The notes under the pieces are model-generated. The model was not told where the DNA came from, ran no database searches, and saw only the letters and a list, made by a program, of their open reading frames with translations. Positions 1 through 5,730 of a DNA stretch of 10,623 nt are shown in pieces; within the stretch, counting starts at the first letter, position 1; every line of letters starts with the position of its first letter. Source of the DNA: Candidatus Undinarchaeota archaeon (GTDB lineage Archaea > Undinarchaeota > Undinarchaeia > Undinarchaeales > UBA543); the NCBI GenBank assembly GCA_964567575.1, contig CAZMMZ010000014.1:1-10623 (forward strand), read 5' to 3'. The position numbers and the translations under genes were made by a program.

Positions 1-254
1 TCATAGCTTTTTTTGCGAGCATCTTCTTTATTTACAATTGATTTTATTAAATCGCGTTGCTCCAGTGTATCTAAGTGACTTGATATTGTTGATTTTGCTT
101 TTCCAATAAATGAAACAATTTCATCAAATTCTTTTGAAGCATCTGTAATAAAATGAATAATTCTCATTCGCGTTGGATCTCTTAATTCAATAATGTCTTT
201 AGAAGTTGCATATAATTCAAAATGGCTTTTTGGTTCTGCTGGTTCATGTTCCAT
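1..254 (-). CDS. ArsR-family winged-helix transcriptional regulator, N-terminal 84 aa only (runs off the left edge); resembles the N-terminus of MsvR-type ArsR-V4R proteins
   Basis: Not in the ORF track; translated by hand from ATG at 254: MEHEPAEPKSHFELYATSKDIIELRDPTRMRIIHFITDASKEFDEIVSFIGKAKSTISSHLDTLEQRDLIKSIVNKEDARKKSY, open to the edge. The pattern DPTR..I...I...FDEIV...GKAKSTISSHL..L....LI.....DARKK is typical of an ArsR HTH. The MsvR resemblance is recalled similarity; no V4R domain is visible in the window. Confidence 0.85.
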   Translation of the reverse strand, partial: MEHEPAEPKSHFELYATSKDIIELRDPTRMRIIHFITDASKEFDEIVSFIGKAKSTISSHLDTLEQRDLIKSIVNKEDARKKSY

Positions 255-276
255 GTTTTTGCGTTATCCTCTGTTG

Positions 277-284
277 TATTTAAG
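277..284 (-). promoter_or_regulatory. Candidate TATA box for the ArsR-type gene (leaderless geometry)
   Basis: CTTAAATA on the - strand with 22 nt between it and the ATG at 254, the same spacing seen for three other - strand genes here. Confidence 0.45.
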
Positions 285-315
285 CTTATTTATTCACTGT
301 TTAGTGGTAATATTT

Positions 316-333
316 GTTCGGTGATAGCCGAAC
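316..333. promoter_or_regulatory. Palindromic operator box 1 (GTTCGG-TGATAG-CCGAAC; core TTCG-N8-CGAA)
   Basis: Perfect 6-bp inverted repeat in the divergent intergenic region, with a near copy at 381-402. Confidence 0.7.
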
Positions 334-355
334 TATATTCTCTATTATACAAATG

Positions 356-363
356 TTTATAAG
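356..363. promoter_or_regulatory. Candidate TATA element (TTTATAAG on +, CTTATAAA on -), possibly bidirectional
   Basis: TATA-like on both strands and midway between the two palindromes. An alternative + strand TATA (ATTATAAT) lies at 374-381. Confidence 0.5.
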
Positions 364-380
364 CACTTTTGGCATTATAA

Positions 381-402
381 TTGTTCGGTGTTAATCGAAC
401 AA
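381..402. promoter_or_regulatory. Palindromic operator box 2 (TTGTTCG-GTGTTAAT-CGAACAA; core TTCG-N8-CGAA)
   Basis: Perfect 7-bp inverted repeat; its first 10 nt (TTGTTCGGTG) are identical to 314-323. It overlaps the expected nrdD transcription start region. Confidence 0.72.
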
Positions 403-425
403 ATATTAACTGTTCAGGAGTAAAA

Positions 426-2381
426 ATGGAAAAACCAACAACAGAAACCACAGATCTCGCATTATTTGTAAGAACTTCTAGTTTACAAATTGTTAAATGG
501 GATAAGCAGCGAATTGCTGAAGCTCTCATAAATGAAACAGATATTGACCCAAAAGTTGCGCAATTCATATGTGCAGAAGTTGAAAGTTTTGTTAAAAAAG
601 AACGCATAAAATTCATTACAGCACCACTTATTCGTGAACTTGTTAATGCAAAACTCATAGAATATGGGTATGAGAATATCAGAAAACAGCATACTCGTCT
701 TGGTTTTCCTATTTTTGATGTTGAGCAAATCATTACAGCACATAATAAAGAAAATGCAAATGTTCCTCATGGTCCAGAAGCAACAAATCTAACACTTGCT
801 GAAGGTGTGAAAAAAGAATATGCGCTTCTGAATGTTTTCAGTTCTGATGCTTCTGATGCTCATATGAATGGGGATATCCATATGCATGATCTTGGTTTTA
901 TTGACCGGCCATATTGTTCTGGAAACTCTCTTGAATATGTAAAGAAATACGGACTTTCTCTTCCAAATTCACTTTCAATTGCAAAACCAGCAAAACATCC
1001 TGAAGTTCTTATTGGTCAAGTTATCAAATTTAGTGCAGCATTGCAAGGAACTTTTGCAGGTGCTATTGGATGGGATGCTGTTAATCTTTTCCTAGCTCCA
1101 TATCTAAAAGGAAAAACCGACAAAGAATTAAAACAATATGCACAGATTCTTATTTTTGAATTTGCACAACAAGCAGTTGCTCGTGGTGGTCAAAGTATCT
1201 TTTCAGATTTGAATCTTTATTGGGAAGTTCCAAAACATTTTGCTGATGTTCCTGCAATCGGCCCTGGGGGAGAATTTACTGGATTAACTTATCAGGATTA
1301 TGGTGAGGATGCAAAACGTTTCATTAATGCTTTGTTTGATGTTTATATTGAGGGAGATGCTCGAGGAAGACCTTTCTTTTTCCCAAAACCAAATCTCCAC
1401 ATCACTGAGAAATTCTTTAAAACTGATGGTAATGAAGAGTTCCTAGAAAAAGCTGCGACTCTATCATCAGAAATGGGTAATACTTATTACTTATTAGATC
1501 GCGGAGACACTGCAAAGATTTCTGAATGTTGCAGATTGTCATTTAAATTAGAAGCTGATGATCTTGAAGATGCAAAAACTCCTTGGAAAATGCGATACAG
1601 TGCAATGCACATCGCAACAGTTAATCTTCCAAGACTTGCATATCAAGCAAAAGGTGATGATGATAAATTGTTTGAACTTTTAAGAGAACGTCTTCAATTA
1701 ATTTGTAAAGCACATTCACAAAAGAGAAAGTTTGTTAAGAAATTACTTGACATGGAACAAAAAGGACCTCTTGGCATGTTAACAATGAAAGAAGATGGTG
1801 AGAATTATTACCGATATCATAAGGCATCTTTCTTAATTGGAATGCTTGGTCTTAATGAACTTATACAATTCCACACTGGTCATCAACTTCATGATTCTGA
1901 TGATGCATTCAAATTTGGTTTGCGAGTTGTTGCAACTATGAAAAAAGAAATTGAAAAACTTATGGAAGAATATGATATGAAATTTGTTCTTGAACAAACT
2001 CCTGCTGAAAGCACTGCACATCGACTTGCGCGTCTTGACATGCAAATGTATCCTACTGAAACCAAGAGTGTTATTAAAGGTCATCCAGAATTAAATGAAA
2101 TTTATTACACAAACAGCACGCAGCTTAATATTTCTGTGCCAGTAAATCCTATCGAGCGCGTAAAGAAAGAAGGAATGTTCCATCCAATGATTGAAGCTGG
2201 GAGCATTTCTCACTTGTGGCTTGGCGAATCACGTCCTGATCCTAGTAGCATATCCAACTTTGTAAAGAAGGTTTTCAAAGAAACCTTGAACGATCAAATT
2301 GCGTTTAGTCCGGAATTCACGCATTGTTTGGGATGTGGAAAAACTACTAGAGGTATACCGGAAGATTTTGGAGGTATGTAA
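426..2381 (+). CDS. nrdD: Class III anaerobic ribonucleoside-triphosphate reductase, catalytic chain (651 aa), lacking the C-terminal glycyl-radical segment
   Basis: Start moved from TTG 381 to ATG 426 because AGGAG (416-420) precedes it. N-terminal ATP cone; HxHDL...RPYCSG (Cys codon 915); finger loop SECCRL (Cys-Cys at 1527-1532); VNLPRLA; EQTPAES; YYTNS; only one CxxC (CLGC, 2325-2336) before TAA. No RVxG motif. Confidence 0.95.
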   Translation: MEKPTTETTDLALFVRTSSLQIVKWDKQRIAEALINETDIDPKVAQFICAEVESFVKKERIKFITAPLIRELVNAKLIEYGYENIRKQHTRLGFPIFDVEQIITAHNKENANVPHGPEATNLTLAEGVKKEYALLNVFSSDASDAHMNGDIHMHDLGFIDRPYCSGNSLEYVKKYGLSLPNSLSIAKPAKHPEVLIGQVIKFSAALQGTFAGAIGWDAVNLFLAPYLKGKTDKELKQYAQILIFEFAQQAVARGGQSIFSDLNLYWEVPKHFADVPAIGPGGEFTGLTYQDYGEDAKRFINALFDVYIEGDARGRPFFFPKPNLHITEKFFKTDGNEEFLEKAATLSSEMGNTYYLLDRGDTAKISECCRLSFKLEADDLEDAKTPWKMRYSAMHIATVNLPRLAYQAKGDDDKLFELLRERLQLICKAHSQKRKFVKKLLDMEQKGPLGMLTMKEDGENYYRYHKASFLIGMLGLNELIQFHTGHQLHDSDDAFKFGLRVVATMKKEIEKLMEEYDMKFVLEQTPAESTAHRLARLDMQMYPTETKSVIKGHPELNEIYYTNSTQLNISVPVNPIERVKKEGMFHPMIEAGSISHLWLGESRPDPSSISNFVKKVFKETLNDQIAFSPEFTHCLGCGKTTRGIPEDFGGM

Positions 2382-2382
2382 A

Positions 2383-2583
2383 ATGACTGAAGAAGAAAAA
2401 GGAAAACCAGAAATGGGAACTTGCTTTAGTTGCGGTTCTGACAAAGTTGAAATAATGACAAGAGTTACTGGTTTTTTCTCTAAAGTAAATTCATGGAATA
2501 AGGGAAAAATTGGCGAACTCAAAAAAAGAAGAGATGCAATTAAAGGAAATAACCAAGCTCTAAAAATGAAAAATGAAACTTAA
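2383..2583 (+). CDS. nrdD: Stand-alone NrdD C-terminal module (66 aa): second Zn-binding CxxC plus glycyl-radical loop
   Basis: MTEEEKGKPEMGTCFSCGSDKVEIMTRVTGFFSKVNSWNKGKIGELKKRRDAIKGNNQALKMKNET. CFSC at 2422-2433; RVTGFF with the Gly codon at 2470; WNKGK..E...R tail typical of the NrdD C-terminus. GGAGGT (2370-2375) lies 7 nt before ATG 2383, so this start is preferred over the track's TTG at 2299. Confidence 0.88.
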   Translation: MTEEEKGKPEMGTCFSCGSDKVEIMTRVTGFFSKVNSWNKGKIGELKKRRDAIKGNNQALKMKNET

Positions 2584-2857
2584 AGTATTTACAAAAAAAG
2601 AGTGTCCAAATTGCCCAGCTGCGAAGAAATTGGTGAAAGAATTAGAGGAATCTGGAATTCCTGTTGAATATTATGATGTGGAAGATGTTGATGGTATGAC
2701 TGAAGGCAGCTTCCACATGGTAATGGCAACCCCAACAACCGTGCTTGTTAATGATTCTGGTGACGAAGTTGATTCTTGGCGTGGTGCAGTTCCTGATGCT
2801 GAAAAAATACGCGAATACTTTAGTGGTGGGGTAAAGGAACAAAAGGATGAAGTTTAA
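2573..2857 (+). CDS. nrdH: NrdH-like thioredoxin/glutaredoxin-fold protein (CPNC), probable electron donor to NrdD
   Basis: 94 aa; VFTKKECPNCP active site; ATPT cis-Pro motif; position between nrdD and nrdG. Confidence 0.85.
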   Translation: MKLKVFTKKECPNCPAAKKLVKELEESGIPVEYYDVEDVDGMTEGSFHMVMATPTTVLVNDSGDEVDSWRGAVPDAEKIREYFSGGVKEQKDEV

Positions 2858-3542
2858 AGGTTTTGCAGAAACAAGTTTTGTTGATTGGGATGGTAAAGTT
2901 AGTTCTGTTGTATTTACTCCTGGTTGTAATTTTCGATGCCCATTTTGTTTTAATAAAGATCTAGTGCTTAAACCAGAGACTCTTGAAGATGTTCCTGAAG
3001 AATTTATTTTTGATTTCTTAGAAAAGCAAAAAGATTTCATTGATGGTGTTAGTATCACGGGGGGGGAGCCAACAATGATGGTGGAGCTTCCTGGTTTTTG
3101 TGAGAAATTAAAAGAAAAAGGTTTTCTTGTAAAATTGGATACTAATGGTTCAAATTTTGAAATTTTAAAAGATTTAATTGAAAAGAAACTTATTGATTTT
3201 GTTGCAATGGATATTAAAGGTCCTTGGGATATTTATTCTAACTTTACTGGAGTTACAAAAGATGTGGAGTCCATTAAAAAAAGCGCCGAGTTTTTAATGA
3301 GTTCAGGAATTGATTATGAATTCCGAACAACTGTAATTCCTAGCTTACATTCTCTTGAAGTTTTTGAGAAAATGGTTACTCAAATTAAAGGCGCTAAGAA
3401 ATATTGCATACAAAAATTCCGACCTGGTATGTGTATTGATCCTTCATTTAATAGCGAAAAAGCTCAAACTGATGAAGAAATACAACCATATGTGGAAATA
3501 GCGAAAAAGTATGTTGACAAAGTAAAATTTAGAGGAAAATAA
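2847..3542 (+). CDS. nrdG: Anaerobic RNR activating enzyme (radical SAM)
   Basis: GCNFRCPFCFN (CxxxCxxC), SITGGEPT, KLDTNGS, DFVAMDIK, YEFRTTV; operon context. Confidence 0.93.
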   Translation: MKFKGFAETSFVDWDGKVSSVVFTPGCNFRCPFCFNKDLVLKPETLEDVPEEFIFDFLEKQKDFIDGVSITGGEPTMMVELPGFCEKLKEKGFLVKLDTNGSNFEILKDLIEKKLIDFVAMDIKGPWDIYSNFTGVTKDVESIKKSAEFLMSSGIDYEFRTTVIPSLHSLEVFEKMVTQIKGAKKYCIQKFRPGMCIDPSFNSEKAQTDEEIQPYVEIAKKYVDKVKFRGK

Positions 3543-4808
3543 TTACGCGCGGTTTCTTATTACCATAAATAGTCCTAAAGAACCTAATCCACCTATTATT
3601 GAACTTATTGTTGTGGCGATTGCTGCGCCTTCTATTCCATAAAGTGGTATCAACCTGAAATTTAAGAATAAATTAACAGTTGCTGCAGTGATAATTACAT
3701 ACATTGGTATTGATGGCCAACCAATTCCTTGGAAAGACCCAGAAAGAACAATATGTATGCTAATGAAGAAAGCTCCTATAATTAAAATTCTAAATGCAAA
3801 AGTTCCTGCCACATATGCTGGTCCAAATAATGTTCCAAGTATCCAGGGTGCTGCAAAGTAAAGAACAGTCATCAATGGAACTGCTGCAAGAATATAATAG
3901 AATAAAGATTGGTATGTGTGGTGTTTTATTTTCTCTTCATTATTTTGTGCGCGTTTCTCTGCTACAATTGGAAGTATTGTTGCCGAAATCGCAACTCCAA
4001 TCGCTATTGTTAATCTAGCTGTTGGAGATGCTGCTGCATAAATTCCAACTGCAGTTGTATCCATCAATTTTCCAATTAAGAAAATATCAGTAAATGCAAA
4101 AATAACTGTTGCTAAACCTGAGATTGAAGTTGGAATTGAGAATTTGAAAACTTCATAAAAAGTTTTGAATTTTGCTTTTGTATATTTAATATCTAATTTT
4201 CTAAATAATAAATATCCTACTAATACTCCAAAACCAAAAGCAAGCGTTGAACCTAGTATTGCTCCAATTACTTTATATCCTAACCAAACAAGAATCACTG
4301 CTAAAACTACTTTAAATAATTGGTGTGAAATTATTGTGTAGCTCATCCGATCCATTTTTTTGAATCCTTGGAAGAATCCTGTGAAAATAGATACAAAAAC
4401 TCCCAATGGAATTCCAATTGCAGTTATTTTTATTATCAATGCAAGTTCTGCTATATTAAAAAAGGAATAAGCAAGCCAATCAGATGCAAAGAATACAATT
4501 ACTCCTAACGCAGTTGCTCCAATCATGTAATAAAGCAGAGTTGATGAATACAGTTCTTCAAGTTTGTTTCTTTCACCACGACCAAGATGTCTTGCTGTAA
4601 AGCGTGCAATACTTGGTGCTATACCTATGGAGGTGAGCATAATTATTGTGAATTGAATTGGAAGCGCTAGATTAAGGATACCAAATTCTCCAATTGTCAG
4701 TGCGCGTCCCATAAGAACTCGATATAAATAATCTAAACCTCGCATTAACAAGTTACTTGCTAAAAGTATCAAACTCCCGCGCAAAAGAATATTCTTTGGT
4801 AATTTCAT
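3543..4808 (-). CDS. MOP-superfamily flippase (Wzx/AglR-like oligosaccharide or polysaccharide flippase)
   Basis: 421 aa polytopic membrane protein; YLYRVLMGRALTIGEFGI, GIAPSIARF, TDIFLIG...VGIYAAA, LIPLYGIEGAAIAT are characteristic of Wzx-type flippases. Confidence 0.85.
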   Translation of the reverse strand: MKLPKNILLRGSLILLASNLLMRGLDYLYRVLMGRALTIGEFGILNLALPIQFTIIMLTSIGIAPSIARFTARHLGRGERNKLEELYSSTLLYYMIGATALGVIVFFASDWLAYSFFNIAELALIIKITAIGIPLGVFVSIFTGFFQGFKKMDRMSYTIISHQLFKVVLAVILVWLGYKVIGAILGSTLAFGFGVLVGYLLFRKLDIKYTKAKFKTFYEVFKFSIPTSISGLATVIFAFTDIFLIGKLMDTTAVGIYAAASPTARLTIAIGVAISATILPIVAEKRAQNNEEKIKHHTYQSLFYYILAAVPLMTVLYFAAPWILGTLFGPAYVAGTFAFRILIIGAFFISIHIVLSGSFQGIGWPSIPMYVIITAATVNLFLNFRLIPLYGIEGAAIATTISSIIGGLGSLGLFMVIRNRA

Positions 4809-4830
4809 TAGAACTCAATTAAATTAAGGC

Positions 4831-4838
4831 TTTAAAAA
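4831..4838 (-). promoter_or_regulatory. Candidate TATA box for the flippase gene
   Basis: TTTTTAAA on the - strand, 22 nt before ATG 4808, in a 45-bp intergenic gap. Confidence 0.55.
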
Positions 4839-4853
4839 GTGTTTGAAACTTCC

Positions 4854-5657
4854 TTACTCCTCTGTTGGTTCCTGAACAACTCGTATTTTGTCGATTCTTT
4901 TCTCTAAATCTTTAACAAATGGTGCATTTTCTGTATGTTCAAGCTGATTACTACATTTCATACATCTAAATCCCATATCAGATGCTTCTTCAAAAACTAC
5001 TCGCGTGCATTTGCTTTTACACTGATAGAAATGGTTATTTTTTTCATATTCTAACATTTCCATTAATTCTTTGAGTTGTTTTTCTTTATCCTGATTTATT
5101 GCATTTGAAATTCTTTCTGGGTGTATTTTCCAATAATAAGTATACCAGCCTGTTTTTGATCTGTGTCTTCTGTAAGTTACAATCCCAGCTTCATACATTG
5201 CATACAAATGTTTACGGATGATGTTTGCTTTCAGTTCCATTTTCTCTGCAAGATCAACATCTGAGCGCTCTTTGCGAGAGATTTGATTCACAACTTGCAT
5301 TCCTTCTTCTCCAAGAAGGTTTTCTAAATATCCTGATAATTGTTTATCTTCTAAGAATGATACTTTTTTTCGAGAAACTCTTTTGGTTTTCTTTGCTGTG
5401 ACTTTCTTTCCTTTTGCTGTAATCTTTTTACCAGTTAATTTCTTTTTTACTACTTTGATTTTCTTTATAGCTTTTGGTTTAATCTTTGTAGATTTCTTTA
5501 CTACTCTTTTCTTAGAAATAGTCTTTTTTGTAACTGTTTTTTTTGTCTTCCTACCCAAGATTTTCTTGAGTAATGGTAATCGCTTTTTTGTAACTTTCTT
5601 AGAACTCTTTACGATTTTGGCGGTTTTTTTCTTGTTAGTTTTTACTTTACCCCTCAT
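4854..5657 (-). CDS. tfe: Archaeal transcription factor E (TFE alpha) with a ~100-aa lysine-rich N-terminal extension
   Basis: C-terminal ~165 aa: winged helix (DVDLAEKMELKANIIRKHLYAMYEAGIVTYRR..KTGWYTYYW) and Zn ribbon (FYQCKSKC...FRCMKC..L). ATG 5657 is preferred over GTG 5675 from TATA spacing; the start is uncertain by 6 codons. Confidence 0.92.
   Translation of the reverse strand: MRGKVKTNKKKTAKIVKSSKKVTKKRLPLLKKILGRKTKKTVTKKTISKKRVVKKSTKIKPKAIKKIKVVKKKLTGKKITAKGKKVTAKKTKRVSRKKVSFLEDKQLSGYLENLLGEEGMQVVNQISRKERSDVDLAEKMELKANIIRKHLYAMYEAGIVTYRRHRSKTGWYTYYWKIHPERISNAINQDKEKQLKELMEMLEYEKNNHFYQCKSKCTRVVFEEASDMGFRCMKCSNQLEHTENAPFVKDLEKRIDKIRVVQEPTEE
5392..5433. repeat. Imperfect 21-bp tandem duplication inside the TFE tail (KKITAKG / KKVTAKK)
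   Basis: tttgctgtgactttctttcct (5392-5412) versus tttgctgtaatctttttacca (5413-5433). Confidence 0.5.
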
Positions 5658-5680
5658 GACTTTACCCGTGTGCACCTTCT

Positions 5681-5688
5681 ATTATATA
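5681..5688 (-). promoter_or_regulatory. Candidate TATA box for tfe
   Basis: TATATAAT on the - strand, preceded by purine-rich GCAGTAAAG, 23 nt before ATG 5657. Confidence 0.55.
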
Positions 5689-5730
5689 CTTTACTGCTAT
5701 CGGTTTTAATGTCATTACTCAGTGGTAAAT

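Noticed and set aside
294-310. Weak hairpin CACT-GTTT-AGTG, and AGTGGTAA shared with 5721-5728
   Set aside because: Short stem and an 8-nt match in AT-rich DNA are within chance expectation.
381-425. ORF-track start of nrdD at TTG 381
   Set aside because: It lies inside operator box 2; ATG 426 has a well-spaced AGGAG and begins just before the ATP cone.
426-2381. Intein or self-splicing intron in nrdD as an explanation of the split
   Set aside because: The chain is of normal length, there is no intein-like C/S...HN-C/S/T segment or endonuclease ORF, and only one base separates the two ORFs.
2299-2382. Upstream extension of the small ORF from TTG 2299, or a prfB-like programmed +1 frameshift at GGAGGT-ATG-TAA-A
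   Set aside because: The extension overlaps conserved nrdD coding sequence and has no NrdD-like features. A +1 shift would require tRNA-Met to re-pair from AUG to UGU, which is implausible, and no slippery heptamer is evident. Stop and re-initiation fits better.
5383-5709. 108-aa Phe-rich ORF on the + strand
   Set aside because: Antisense shadow of the Lys codons in the TFE tail (AAA read as TTT).
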